From Schmidtea polychroa (taxonomy: Eukaryota): 64,000 bases of DNA. The stretch spans positions 43,278,001 to 43,342,000 of the forward strand of contig CM097885.1 in assembly GCA_044892525.1 (NCBI GenBank), in the 5' to 3' direction. The translations under genes and the position numbers were made by a program. The notes beneath the pieces are model-generated. The model was given only the letters and a program-made list of their open reading frames with translations. It was not told the origin of the DNA and made no database searches. Positions within the stretch are counted from its first letter, which is position 1, and every line of letters starts with the position of its first letter. Shown piece after piece: positions 1 through 14,900 of the stretch.

Positions 1-1
1 T

Positions 2-275
2 AATTTGGAGTTGCCGATCAGAATTGATCATCGATCTGGCATTCTTGAATTCGATATCTATACAGATTTGGTAATTAGTCAACGGAATGATACCGATTTG
101 ATAACCCAAAAGTTAAATGGAATAAGTACATTGAATAGGCAATTGCCGAACCTTTCTATTGTTATTTATAAAGTTGCTTAGCACATTGTTACGTAAATCT
201 CGAAAAACAACAGAGTCGTGAATGGGTTCGACAGTGTTCTAGAAAATTCAATGAATTCCACCAGCTGATTCTAAA
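2..275 (+). pseudogene. Degenerate fragment resembling eIF3a (end of PCI domain and following helix)
   Basis: Manual translation gives NLELPIRIDHRSGILEF and, after stops and a frameshift, LEKQQSREWVRQCSRKFNEFHQLIL. These recall the eIF3a RIDH motif and the downstream EHQRIL segment. Truncated by the window edge. Confidence 0.35.
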
Positions 276-2914
276 TATAAAAATCCATCACCCAAATCAA
301 TGCATCTCGATTTCAATACCGCTTGCCCTCATCAATTCGGCACCAGTACTCTGTCGTTCCGCCAGTCTCCGGTCGGCCTTTCTGACCCAGCAGGGTGGCG
401 GGGTGGATTATTTTGATTTCACATTTATCGCACTTTTGTATCTCGTCCTTTGTGAATCGGAACATTTTATCGAACAAAACAATGATAGCAGAGCGTGGTT
501 ATCTCAATGTAATCAGAAATTGTCGATAATGTTATCGAATTTTAACAGAATGTATTCAAAAATAAAAGGAGTCGGATATTACTGTAGCTTATCTTTTCAA
601 AACAACGCTTAAAGATCGTGTCATGCCAAAAAACCAATCTCGAAACTGGATCTGAAACCGAGATTCATAGTTAAACCAATACAAAAACCGAAATCCTGTC
701 AATAGAGATTAGGATTAAGCAAAACACTTGATAATATATATTATTCATATGTATGAGGTTTTTTTGTTTTTGCAATTAATAAAGCAACCTCAAAAAAACT
801 TTTAATAGTTGAATAATCAATTTGAATTGATTTGTAAAATTTTTTTGTTTTATTCCTGTTACTTTTCTTTGAAAAAATTTCCATGGTCTTTTTTGAAATA
901 TGGTGTCACTTGGAGTACCGAAACCTCGAAAATGGGGTCAGGAAGCGATGTACCCCAAATTCAAATTGGGTATTAATGAACTAAAAGTCAATATAATATT
1001 AAAATTAAATTAGATATTCATTTTGGACAAGATCTATGTGTTTAAAATCGCTGAAATGAATAACTTGCTATTTACAATACTTGAATTTTTAGGAATTAGC
1101 ATTTTCTTTACTGTCGCTTAGTAACAAATAAATAAAAACATCTTTATAATATGCTAAATTAGCGGCTTATTCAAAAAAACTACTTCACGAGAGGCACAAA
1201 ATACAACAGGAAATTATTTTAAAATTAATATTGAATAAGTTTAAATTTTCATTGGGCACTAAGTCTCCATGTTAAATACATTGTCACTCAATGAAATGCT
1301 TTTGGATATAATTATTGTATGATGGTGTAAATAATGTTACCATAATATAATTATATCAGGAATAATGTTAATAACTAATAACCAAATAATAACCAATAGT
1401 TAACAAATTAATCATAAATGAAACAATTGTGAGAATTAATAATAGAAGTTGAATAAAAGAAGACGGTATTACCGGTAAAAAACGGTAATACCGTCAATAG
1501 AAATTTTTTTCGGTAATACCGGTATTGCAAAAGTCGGTATTTTTGGAATTTGACAACAAACTGCAAAAACATGAAACATATGGGATTACATAAGGATTAT
1601 CAAACCCTTGGCTTTTAAATTACTTCAATTAACGTGAAAAGATACCCATTCCACACATAATAGTTATTGACTTCGTTATAAAGAGTTAAAATTGAAACTA
1701 AAATTTTCGGTTAGTACAGGAAAAATCCCTTGTTAAAGTGAGGTTTTCATTAAATAAATGGAGTATTTTTGTTCGGAACCAAAAAATTGCTTCGTTAAAT
1801 AGAAGTTCAACTGTAATAATATTTTTAAATATATCTTACAACTTTCAATATAGGAAAAAAATTTTTCAAAAAAAAAAGATCATGTACATCGTGAATTAAA
1901 TTTCACTTAAGTAAGCCTTTGATTGAGCAATTACTTTACAAATGACTAGAAAACAAAGTTTATCACACTAAAGCGAACTCACCCTAACGCCAGCACCTTT
2001 GTTATTGAATTGAAACTACAAAAACATAGGACATGTGCGTTTGCAGTACATAACGAGAGCACTGTTTAAGACAGGCGTTATTTCTGCCTATAAAGTGTTA
2101 AAATTAACCACTGGAAATTTATCTGATGACCCAATAAAGAAATAAGGAAATTTAAATACCCTAAACCTGGGATAATCAACATTTTTAGGCCACTGGAACT
2201 TTTTTAACCTATGGAATTACTCATGAAACCTTAATTTTTAAAAAAATTTTAGGTTTCCTAATGTTTTAAACGAAATTGAATCTAATCTTTCATAATATAG
2301 AATTTTCCGGGAACCCAAGTTGAAATCTGCACCGAATAAATAATTATAGGCTTAATAACTATAATCCATCAAATTCATAACTGAATTTAAAATATAATTA
2401 TATTTCAATACAATTATTTTAAACTACTTTATCACGAGAGGTTTTGTAGTGATATACTATTTTCTAAATTGTATAAAAATTAAAGTTATTGAATTTTATC
2501 TATGAACAAATAATTGTGAAATATACAACTTTGTTTAAATATAATGCTCCGGAAACTCTTAAAGTTTTAAGGAATCCAGGTTGAAAAACCCTGCAGTAAT
2601 AATTGAAAATTTATGAAAACTACATTGGATTGTAGCCGTATATTTAATATATAACACTAAATCAATAATTTTTTCCTAAATCACAAATTTTCAAAAAGAG
2701 CTTTAACAAATATTTGTTGAAAACTTGCGGTTATCAAATTTTCGATTAATGGTGAAAATGAAACAAAAAACTAAAATTATCTAAATTAATTGTGTTTCAT
2801 TTAGATATCTACTATAAGTCAATGTTTTCCAATTTAACACAAATTTCCGGCAATGCCTTTTCCAAATGAGATTTAAGGTTCAAAGTAAAATTATAAAAAC
2901 AATTCAAATCTTAC

Positions 2915-5149
2915 GGAATCTGTGATAACATCTTGCAACTGAGTTTTGAGTGGAATAAGTTTATTGGAATCTAACGAAACCATCCATATTCCGCTTTCGG
3001 ATACACGAGTTTGGCCTAATTGGTTTCGGATATTTCTCGTAACGTGATTAATAATAATTCTTTGCTTTCTGGGCATTATTTCTGATTGATTATAAGGAAA
3101 ACCGAATTCTGTACAATGAATGAAAATATAATAAGAAATAGCAAAATGAAAAAGCATAAAAGCAATCCATTTTTTACTGGTTTTACTTGTGAGAAAAAGT
3201 GAAGCAGATATTACTAATCCAGGAATGGTCACTGAAAGACCAGTTAATCCAGATATCACGATATCTGGAAAAGTAGGTCCAGATCTGCCGAGAATCGGTA
3301 TAAAGACATCATACAAAATATACAACAAATAACATGAATAAACAAATGGAATGGACAAACAAAATGTGTCACACAGGAAATGAACAGTGTTAACATTGAA
3401 TTTAGAGGTCACATTTAAACGATTTAAAATTTCCCAAACCAACAAGTTGATAATTAAGAATAGTAACCAAACAACTACTAGGTAACTACTCAACAAACGC
3501 AAAATAGTCAAAACGCAAGTCACTATCGAGAGCAGAATTATACACGAATCTCGATGATATTGAAACATGAGATATGAGGAATGGGATTCCGGGAATAACT
3601 TACAGTTAAATTGATAGTAGACAAAGAAAAACCAAATCAGGGGAATGAGGTAAAGCCCAAGTAAATTATATCTTATTGCATACCATGACATCTTCACACC
3701 AAACCTATCAACCATATAACCTAGAAAGAGACCAAATCCTAAATTTAATGCAACCCAAATCAATTGATTTATTAGAGCATAAAAAACATATCTCAAATAA
3801 TGATTTTTATAAATAAGAGATCGCCAAAATACTAAAAATATAGCTATAAAAAACAGAGAAAAATTTATGACAACTCCAAACAATTCTGAGTAAGAAACGA
3901 GAATAATTCCAAGGAAATCAAAATAAACAATCCGCTGTGAACTAAAAATAGATTGTTGGACATATGTGTCATCTTCGGGATAAATAGCAATGTTGTTACT
4001 ATTTGCTAATTTCACTGCCAACCGTAATAAATTATTTCCAGTGTGACGTAAACAGTTTTGAGGAATACGATCTTCGGTGTCATATTTAGTGTGATAAACG
4101 TATCCATTTGCAATGAACGCAATATCAACGCCTGGAACGTGTCCAAAATCACGAAATATTCGAAAATCTGTATCTGACGGAATGAGATTGGCAGAAAAAA
4201 TTTCTTGTCCTATTATTGTTCCAAGAGGTTGACGTAAAACTGACGCAAGTTCACTAATAAGCCACGGATTTCTTTCACTCGTTTGAAATACCATTTGTCG
4301 TCCACCGCTACCTGCTGCTTCTAAATTGACGAATAATTTAACGTCACGAGCAAATTTATGTTGAGAAACGAAAGCATGACTGGCTTGTAGCACATTTTCC
4401 TCGGCTCCGTTGAAAAGAAATATCAAATCGAATTTTAAAGAGATTGGTTGATTTTTTAAAATTGAATGAATTGTTTCCAGCATCACAACACAACTAGCTA
4501 GATCATCGCTGGCACCAATACCTCCAAAAAAAGAATCATAATGACAATTAATAAGAACGGCGGGTTTTGATGTATCCGAAGAAATATCATTGTTAATGTC
4601 GTGAATCCGAACAATTATATTTTTTATTTGATCATAAATTGATGTTACATAACTTCCAAATATTGAAATGGAAAATGAGTTGAGTTCTGCTAATTGCTCA
4701 TCGATTGTCATAACAAGATTTGAATTTTCTTGATTAGTATATAATGATTTGAGCTTCTGCATATAATTAATCAAATACATTGGTGTATGGACTTCATTAG
4801 CTGTGGATCCACTAGGACGATTACCTAGTTTACTTATTTCTTTTAAATGTTTTCGTGCTAAACTATCATTAAATACTGGATCTGCGTGATTGTCATATTT
4901 ACGATTTGATGCTGAACAATATAGTATGAAATCACTTTCATAATCACAAGACAATTGTAATCTAATAGCTAAATCAAATAACAAGACACCAACACCAAAC
5001 ATGCATATCCAATAAAATATCGACAATTTATTATCTTCCTTCGTAATTTCAGATTCACCATTAAAAGTTGAGGAATCAATACAAGAAGCTTGAGCATCAG
5101 GATCGGAGAATTTAACTAAATTAGATTTATCTCTTTTTCGTAAATCCAT
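2915..5149 (-). CDS. ERMP1: ER metallopeptidase 1-like (M28 family); long first coding exon
   Basis: M28 motifs NCHYDS, GASDD, NGAEE, NLEAAG, SDTDFRIF and YHTKYD, plus an N-terminal TM and a multi-TM C-terminal half. A minus-strand GTAAG donor at 2914 suggests the ORF-track end (2891) runs into an intron. Confidence 0.9.
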
Positions 5150-5260
5150 AGAAATTAATTTGATTGAAATAAAAATAAATCGATTAATAAATTCATCTTG
5201 TGCGAAAATTATAATAATTAATTTCTTTTATTTAAACAATTTTCAATTTATAAATAATGA

Positions 5261-5810
5261 ATACACTCATACCTCGCTTTACGACCAAGATACGTTCCGT
5301 GAAAGTCGGCCACAAAGCGAAAAGCCGTATAACGAGTCAATTATTTAGATATAAACCCATATAAATATAATATGATCGGTACCAATTTTTGATAAAATAC
5401 ATAACGTGTTTTTTATTTTTATATTAATTTATTTCTTTATATGTATTTCAAACAAACATTGCTTGCATATAAAATAAAAATACATAACAAGTATAACATA
5501 TGCATTATAGTGAACTGAAAATAACAAACTTTTGTACTTCATCATCACTTTCCGTTGTTGGGGATATCTGGTTTAAAAAATGGCCCAACTTTGCTTGTCC
5601 TGCCTTGCTTTCTGCTTCTTTTTTCAGATCTTTATAACAGCTAAGGGTTGAGTTAATTACTCGAGGAACTTATGGCTGCGTTCTACGCAGGGATCATTTT
5701 GAAGAAGGATTTCTATTCCTTGTTCGAAATAAGAAAGCGCATTCGACAAGTTCTTTGATGTTAGCTGTTTGGACACAGCAGGTTCTTGGATACACGCAAT
5801 CATTTTATTC
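5261..5810 (-). mobile_element. Tigger/pogo-like DNA transposon 3' remnant
   Basis: TA-CACTCATACCTCGCTTTACG terminus and a decayed minus-strand frame resembling a Tigger C-terminus (ILLQNDPCVERS...FFKP). Confidence 0.4.
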
Positions 5811-5819
5811 GTTCTTCCA

Positions 5820-6590
5820 TAAAAAAGATAAATTTAATCTGCCAGCTAATGAATCTGATGTAATGAAACTACTTCTTGACGATTATGAAGATAAAAAATG
5901 TAAAATGACAAATGAAATCAAAAAAAATTGAGAAAGAAATGAAATTTAGCATGAGTGTTGATGAATACACAACAATCCGGGACAGGAGATTCTTTGGCAT
6001 AAATCTTCAGACGGAAAAAAACATGAAAACCTATAAAACAGGTATAATTCGCATATTTGGATCTTGCCCTGCTGAATCAATGGTGGATATTGTTACACAA
6101 CATTTGAATTTCTTTGGAGTGAGCATTGTTGGATCGTCTCAAGATGGGGCTGTTGTAAACAAGAAATTTATGCGCTAATTTAACATCATCGAACAATATT
6201 GCTTGAATCATGGTATTCATTTAGCCGTAACTGACACACTTTATAAAAAGAGAAACAATTCTTCAAACTCTTCAGTAAACGATTCTGATGATACGGATGA
6301 ATGTGACTGTTTTAATAAAAATTTGGATTTGGAAGTGGTAAATGATGAACAATGTGATGATGAAATTGACTTTCATGAAGTGCTGAAAAATTTCCGCGAA
6401 GTAGTAAAATATATCAAGAATTCTCCATTAAAAAATAATGTTTTTCAAACGAAAGTTGTCGCTGAGTTAGGGCGAGAAATTGAATTGCATCTTGATATTA
6501 AACACAGATGGAACTCAATTCCTAATATGATCTTCTTATTCAAACTAAAATCTGCCTTTTTGATACATTTTCTGAACTAAATTCTTAGAA
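5820..6590 (+). pseudogene. hAT transposase fragment
   Basis: Motifs SVDEYT, SQDGAVVNKK, C.NHGIHLAV and DIKHRWNS, broken by stops. Confidence 0.75.
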
Positions 6591-6880
6591 GATACTGGCT
6601 GTGAAATAAATCTAATTATAAATTTATCTTTATTATAAATATGTTTACTAAATTTATAATATTATATATTAAATAGTATGTGTATAAATACTGTGAGTTG
6701 GTTTCTCTAAGAATATATATTTGAATTCCCCATGTTTTATTTTAAGTTTTGTTTATATTGAAAATTTTGTGAATATTTAAAAACTATTATAATTAAAACA
6801 AAGGAATTTAAATAATTTTAACATTGATAATCTCAATTTGTATATTTGGGATTTAGCCAAAAAGCTGTCGTTAAAGGGGT

Positions 6881-7087
6881 TTGAATAAGTTATATGACTT
6901 ACCCATTTCAGCTGAAAAAATGTGCCTGACCCGATCAAAAATGATAAAATTAATGCTTACTCCTATAAAAGCAAATTATAGGTTTCTTCAATGTTACATC
7001 AATTTGGGAGTAAAAGTAGTAAAGTTTCAACGAGCAGTCAAATTTATCAAAGAGCCAATATTCATGAACAATATAGAAAAAAAATAA
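6881..7087 (+). pseudogene. Polinton/Maverick-type protein-primed DNA polymerase B fragment
   Basis: YRFLQCYINLGVKVVKFQRAVKF..EP resembles the pPolB YRNLQ.YL.LG..V.KIHR.L.F.Q.P segment. Confidence 0.55.
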
Positions 7088-7403
7088 ATTTGCGCGATGA
7101 ATATTATTATTAAAGCTGTTGAACCGCAGAAATTTTGCAGAAACGTTAAACTTACGAATTCGTAATCAAATCCAAAAAATTGTTTCATATATGTCCAAAT
7201 TTATTTTCAACAACCACATCTAGTTCAATATGAAGTTTCAAAAGCCTTCAATGAAGCACATAGTTCTTTCTGAACCAATGCGTCAGCACCAGCTTCTCAA
7301 TTTTTGAATTAGGTGAGCACATTATTTCCGGAGCAAGAGGAAAGTCGTGTAAAAAAAACAGGAATATTAATATTAACCTCCATATGAAAGGATTTAAAAA
7401 TTC

Positions 7404-7643
7404 TCACTCAGTCAACACATTATTAAGATCCTTATACTGCAGATTTTGGATAAGAATCCAACCACAAAAATTATTAATATCTATATACAAGAGTTCTGTA
7501 TCTTCAGAACTTGCGACATAATGTTTGTTAACAAATTTTGACCCGCTCAGAATTCCTCCATCATAGAAGATAAACATTTTCATATCCTTCAGAAGTCCTA
7601 TAGATTTTTGTAACGTCATGAGCGTGGATGCCCAAACATGCAA
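7404..7643 (-). pseudogene. Polinton/Maverick-type pPolB fragment (motif A region)
   Basis: GGILSG...KHYV...LLYIDINNFCGW.L.Q.L resembles the YLDANNLYGWAMSQ.L motif. Confidence 0.6.
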
Positions 7644-8798
7644 GAAATCCCATATAAATCCAGAGGTGCAAGGCCATTATAATATATTGGTATGTTGGTA
7701 AAAAGTTAATAAACTTTTAGAGATCATTAGGAATAAAAATCAAAATATAAACATTTTTAAAAATTTTTAAATTGCGTATGTAAATCGTTATTGGAAACTT
7801 TTTTTTATAAATATTTTATTATAGTTTCTAAGACCATATTTTAGAACCTTTAAAAACTTTAAAAATTTTTTATTGTTTTGAATTTTAGAGGAAATTTAAT
7901 TAAAATAAAATTTTTTAATTCTTCAAAAGTCTATTTTTAATCAATGGGAAGTAAAAAAAGTAAATAAAAGGGAAGATCAAAAAGCATTTGAAAATAGAGG
8001 CTACTAAATTCCAGGAAATTGAAAATTATCATTTAATTGTTTAACATTTACATTGTATTTATTAAAAAACCTGACTATGAATTAGTAAAGATATAGATGT
8101 CTTTTGATATTCCCGACTTTGAAAAAGGCAATGCCGAAAGTTTGTGAATATAAAAAAAACATTGATATATTTACTGATTCATAGTCACGTTTTCTAATGA
8201 ATACAATATCAATTGAAAAGAAATCAGTGGTGAAAATTGAAAAAATGTTTAACATTTAATTAATACTGCTACCAAAATATCATCATTTTATATTATTATC
8301 ATAATCATTATTATTTATACAGAGTAGGGCAAAAAGATATTTTTGGGAAATAAAAATACATTCTACAATAGTGTTTATTCAAACAAGGTAAAATTATTTT
8401 GTAAAGGGATAAATTAGTATCCTGTGGAATAGTTAAAATAAAGCGAACGCAAAGTATTGTTCTATTACTTTAGTGTTCCCTGGGAGCCTCAAAATCATTC
8501 CCTCTTGCTTGCCCAACTCTTTTAGTCATATTGCGATCGTTGTGCTACACAGGAGCCATCGATTTCTTGCAGGCTGTGGTAAACAGTAGGGATTAAAAAA
8601 TCTGTTTTCTTGTATTCTTTGCACATTAATTGTAAAGCAACTTTTGTAAATTATTGAATACATTTTTGTAAAAAGAGAAAGAGTTTGTTTTGTTTTTAAT
8701 TCAGTGATTTAAACTTACACGCGCAACCACATTGAATATAATCCATTTATATTTATTTTTATTTATTTTTCTTAATTGAATTATTGGAGTCATTTGTG

Positions 8799-11165
8799 TT
8801 AAGATCTGTAGTCCCCGTTTTTCGATCTTAACACAATCACTAACGGGGCATTCCAAGGACTCTTGCAACACTGAGTAAAATTTGCTTTCATTAACTCTTT
8901 TATAAGCTCTTCAATCCTTTTCTCCATGTGCATTGGTTGACGTCGATGATGTTGCATTATTGGGCCTCCTGTTATCCGCATCTCATGTCGAACTAAGTTT
9001 GTAAATCCCAGACTCCACTTGATAATACGCCTGACCTAAATCGACTGACGAAAATATTTTTGCATTCTCGAGACAGTCTGGTAAGAATTTGGTGTTAGGT
9101 ATAGGAAATGACTCTTTTTCTGTTATGGAATTCAATCCACAATAATCTACACACATCCTGATAGATTCATCTTTCTTCCCTACAATAACTAACGGGGCAT
9201 TCCAAGGACTCTTGCAACACTGAATAACATTTGCTTTCATTAACTCTTTTATAAGCTCTTCAATCCTTTTCTCCATGTGCATTGGTTGACGTCGAGGATG
9301 TTGCATTATTGGGCCTCCTGTTATCCGCATCTCATGTCGAACTAAGTTTGTAAATCCCAGATCGAATTTCGATGCCATAAAAATTCCGCCGTATTCCCTG
9401 ATCATTCCTTCAATATCTTTACTCTTCTCCCCTCCCATCAACACTAGTGCTTTATTTATTCTTTCTTCATCAGGGTAAATTTTGTTTATCAATGACATTT
9501 CTATATTATTGATTTTCACTAACTTTACTCCAAACTCTTTCATTGTATCAATGCCCCTTATGAATTCGAGTTTGATCTCTTTTACCATTACTACTGTTAT
9601 TATTTTGGTCTTCTGATTCCATGTGGCCGGTATAGTCATGTATCCCATTGCTTCTTGACCTCCAGTTGAAAAAACTCCGCGTAATAATATCATACTACGC
9701 TGAAGTTCTGGTTTGCCTATTTTCTCCCACAAATTCTTGCTCATGACTGTTACTGATGCTCCAGAATCCCATAACATCTCTGTTTCGGCATTATTCAACA
9801 TTATTTTACGCCAATTTCTTCCATCTTTCGTCTGGTACATCTCTTCTTCTGCCTCGCCTCTTCGTTGTTCATTTCTTATTTCACAATTTATTGTCTTGAC
9901 TCCACCGACGAAATGAAACCCATGGAGTCGCTGATGTTTTTTCCGTCTTCTCTCAATATAGTATATTTCTCATTAACATTGTATCTATCTTCCATGTCGC
10001 TGTTGGCAGTTCTGAAATCCTGGCTGTTCTCAGTGTAATCTCTTATTTCAGATTTTGAATCTTCTCTTTCTATGCACGCTATCCTTTGATATCGATGTGG
10101 AACCTCTTTCCGTAACAAAAAACAATCTCGGAACCCATGTCCTTCCTTGCCACATATCAGGCATTTATTTACACTCATACCTTCTATGTCCCCTTTTGCA
10201 ACAGTAAAAACAATCATCTACCGTTAATTTTGGGATCGATGCTTGTGGTAGTCCTCTACTTTCGTTGTACAGCCTCCTTGCTATATTCTTCATGGATATT
10301 GTTGGCAGCTTCCTTTCTGAGCTATTCAGGATTCTCGTATTTTCAAGAATTGTTCTCTTGGAGATTGTTCTCGACGGCCATGGTTATTTCCTTCGCATTG
10401 TATTGGTCCGCGCATAGGATGTTCGTCTCCTCTTGATCTGTGGTGAAAAAATGACTCTTCTGATAGTCTTCTTTGTGATGATGTATTGATGGGATCTTGG
10501 GTATTCTTTTGAATTCTCATCTGCCCTCCTTCAGTCACGCTAGCGGATGTTCTTTGACCGATTGCTTTAATAAATTCCATTTTATTGTTTCCATTTTTGT
10601 TACTTTCAAAGATTTTCGCCAATGATCTCGTTTTTTCAATTTTTGTTTCTGGTTTCGTCAATAGTATCTCCCGCAGTCTCGCATCGCGTGCTTTATTTGT
10701 GATGAGGTCTTGAACAATATCTTCTTCTAATCGTTCTGAATTTACAACTTCAGCTAAAGCTTTTCTTAGCCATATCTCAAAAGCTGCAAACCTTTCATCA
10801 TCTTCCTGTTCCATAGCTGCCAATTCTCTGATTTTGTCAGTTATTGATTTTGTAATTGTGAACGTATGTAAGAACCACGCTCTGGCTTTCACATCTGTTG
10901 TTTCTGTTTCTCTGACGTTTCCCCACAATGTCTTTGCTTCTGCCAATAATAAAACATCGAATGTACTTGTCAATCTCTGTCCGTTTGTTAGCAACCATTC
11001 TTCTATATCCCTGATTCCTTCTTCTGCTTCCTTTAAACCTCGTCCCTGATATCGTCTAATGTTCAGTGTGAGGATATCTTAGCATGATTTCGGTAGGCAT
11101 TCCATTAGCGATTTTGTCGATTTCGAAATGGCGTTGATATTTTGATTTTCGACGTGGTTGCCAGG
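8799..11165 (-). mobile_element. Truncated, decayed Ty3/Gypsy retrotransposon (gag, CCHC knuckle, protease, partial RT)
   Basis: Gag-like ORF 10326-10994, knuckle CLICGKEGHGFRDC, protease LWDSGA, RT N-terminus SPWNAPLVIV/RMCVDY/SVDLGQAYYQ. Candidate PBS TGGCAACCAC ends at 11163 on the minus strand. Confidence 0.85.
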
Positions 11166-11998
11166 TAAATCCATCTTTAAATTTCTCAGCAAAAATCTTG
11201 AAACCAACAATATATATTTATTCAAAAGGATTTATAAATAACAAGTTTTTTATTTTTCACAAAAACCGCTAACTCCAATTATTAAAACAATTATTAAAAC
11301 TATGTTAATTATGTATTGTTGTATATTCAAGTATTAACTTTAATTATTATTTGAGGGTTGAAACCACACACAAGCCACCAGTGCCTTTTAGCTTCAGCAT
11401 GCAGAAAGTCGACAGTCTCATCTAGGGGAAATATGAAGGAAGGAGAAACCGACAGCTAACCACCTAACAAAGCTCACTGCTCTCTCTTCTAAAACTATTT
11501 TTTTGCTTTAATAAAACTTTGGTTCATTAACATTTTATTCATTTTAAATTTATTAACAAATGATTTTGTTCTTTAAATGAATATATCGTGAATGAATAAA
11601 ATTAATTTTTAAATATGAATTTTTAAAATAAATCAAAAGTTAAACTAACAAAATTTATTATTAAATTTTTATATTTTCTTCATATTCAAAAATTGTGTAT
11701 AATTTAAATTTTCACTTTAATTCTTAATTAATTTAAAATTTTATTCTTGTTTGTAACACATTAAATTTAGTTTTAAAATATTTGTTATAAATATGTAAAT
11801 TTATATATTTTAAAATCAGCACATTCAAATAATCTTTTTGATGGAGGTTTGTTTTAATAAAATTCTAATATTTCCTTTTTTATTTACTTAATTAATAATA
11901 AGTCTATTAAATTTTAATATACTTATTATTTTGTATTAAATCATGCTTAAATTATTTTAAATATCTTTTAATTCTTTTGTATGCAACTTCAATTAAAG

Positions 11999-14900
11999 AT
12001 GCAAGAGAAGAAAAAGTTTATGCCAACTATTACTAATTATTTATCAGATGATGATGAAATTGATGAATGTCTTCAAATACCTTCTAATAACTCACAATTG
12101 CAAGCAAATGTAATATTTTATTTTTTTTAAATTTAGTACTTATTTAATATAGTATGCAGAATGGAAAAAAATGCAAAAGGTTTATTTTATAATCTAATTA
12201 CTTCTAATCAATGCGTCTTATATGTAAGAATTCAAGTGAAATGTCAAATGGTAAAAAACCTCGTATTAGATCTGATGGTTCTATGGAACCATTAGGTGAT
12301 ATAAGCAGTTCAGACGAAGGCAGTGGAATTGAAGATAATGATCCCATGTTTAAAGTTATTAATTTAATCCGCAAATTCATTTTTAAAATTGATATATTTT
12401 TAAGATTATCAAAACTCTAGCTGACAAAGAAGCTATAAATCGAAGAAATCAAAAAACAAGAAAAAAGATAAAGTAATATTTCATATTTATTTTGTCTTTT
12501 TATTTAAAGTTATTATAGAGAACCTTCCGCGTTTTTGCTGTTTTCTCGGATGAAACATTTGAAATATCAGCAATCCAGTCAAGATTGGACATTTAATGAA
12601 CTATGCCGAATAACTCACACATCATGGGAAAATATTCAATCATCAGAAAAAGAGGTATTTGATTTACTATTATTTAATAACGTCAGCTTTATCACAAAAT
12701 GAACTAATTAAGAATTAATTATCTATGAAATTCTTTAATATATTGCGTAAAGTGTTTATCTTAAATCACGAATAATTTAGTCATTTTTTGTAAATTTTTT
12801 CAAGAGATTTTTTAATCAATTCTTTTGATGAGATTATTTTCAAATAAAAAAAATTCTGTTTTGAATTTTTATCAAATCTACTTACAAACAATGAGTAATA
12901 ATTCTTAAAAAAAGATTTTCAATTATTATTATTATTATAAATTTCCGAAGCAATTCAGCACGTTTTTATAATAGAATTTTATTTTTATTAGCTGGAAGTT
13001 CTCTTGATTAATTATTAGATTTTTGTTGTTTTTCTTGCAATTACTGAAGAAAACATTGGGAAATGCGTAAATTTGTAAAAATATCTAAAAATATTCAATA
13101 AGATTCATAGGAAAGAAAATTCAAAAACTGAAAACAAAAATTCATTGTATTTTAAGCGAAAACTAAGCAATTACCATCTTTTGCATAATTACGCACCAAC
13201 TCATCGTTCAAAGATTGCTACTGACTTCACAAAAAATCAAATTCCTTTGCTATATCATTCACCATATTCACCGAATAAAAATTAATTACAATTCATCTGT
13301 TGAAGACAACATTCAACGCAGAATAGCCAACTTAATTAACAATAGTCCAATTAATGACATTAAACACTCATTTGGTGCACTTATTGAACGTGCAAATCTT
13401 TGTATTTCTCAGGAAGTGGAAAATATTCGGAATAAATAAAACCAATTATTTTATTTCATTTCATTCCTGACTGACATCGACTGCTATTTCAAACTTTAAT
13501 CGTGTTTATAACTGCTAGGTAATACGGGGATGATATGAGTTCCTGATAAGCCTCGTTTTAGGATATTAAACGCATTTATATACTATTGATAAGATATGTA
13601 CAAAATTATAATATTTGATGCAGCTTGGTTACAAAGTTTCCCATATGGTACCGATGAGAACCAAATAAGTTTAAAACAATATTTATATTTGTAAATCGAT
13701 TCAAGCCGATGACAACTGCGTAACATGATTTTTTGTTTCTAAAAATAATCCAATACCAACAATATATACTCGCACCTTTTAAATTTTGGCTTAAATTTTT
13801 GAACCAATCGTAATGTAGTGCTGAAAATTTGTATTAAATAAAAAACAAAATAGACCAAAAGAATCCAAGATAAATAGTGAGTTATAAATAATTACAAAAG
13901 AATTATAAATTTCTATATTATTGCACAATAAAGCGCTATTCAAGGTTATAAATTTAATTTTTAACAATATGGAAAACATTAAAATACATGTGAAGATATT
14001 CTATAATAAAAACAAAGAAATATATCTTGATATTTTTTTAAATAAAATAAGACTCTTCTCAATGCTTTTCCTAGCCACCTTCGCATAGATCTCCAAAACC
14101 CATGGCATTGCTCAACATATGTATTATTCTCAGATAAAATATTAGATAAAGCTTCCTCAACAGTTATTTCATTATCGGATGCTTTCTTGGCTCTGAACTT
14201 TGATTTAACCATACTAATAAATCTTCAAAGGGATTAAGTTGAGATGGCCATGGCGGTAAGTATTGTTTACTTTTCCTATGCCTACTCAAGGAAAGGCACG
14301 TTATTCATGATCAATGTATTATCAGGATACATAGCAAAATAGGGTGCCAATAAAAGACGTAAGTAACTCTGCATTATATCCACCTGATCTGTACTCCATT
14401 GCAACGGGACCATTAATGTTAATAGCGCAAAGCAAGCTTTTATTAACATTACAATTACCAGGCACCATAATATACACTTTCTCATTAACATAACTGTACC
14501 CATAATGACGCCGGCAGTGATTGTTGGATCCCAATTCGTCCAAAAAAACTAGTTGTAATCTAACAATTTTGCCTGCGTTTTCTGGTAACATTCAGTTTCT
14601 TCAATTTGTGAACCACTGTTGACTGTGACAAAACAGCGCCTGTTTTCTCTGCTACTTTGGAACACATTTATGACTGCAAAAGTTCGTTGTTACATACAAC
14701 AGCATTAAACAAGACGTTTTCTGGATCATATTGGATTGAGTTTTTACTATCCCAGGTTTCTTTCCTCTTTTTGAGTTGATGAAATATAACCAATCCCGTC
14801 CTGTTGCTTGTTTAGCATATACTTAGCAAATGCTTAATCCAATTACAGTAGTGATATCCTTAACCGAAGGCTTATTGACAGAGTTAGCCATATTAATGAC

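Noticed and set aside
1983..2087. AG..GT-bounded minus-strand segment as the next ERMP1 exon
   Set aside because: It has stops in all three frames and no ERMP1 similarity.
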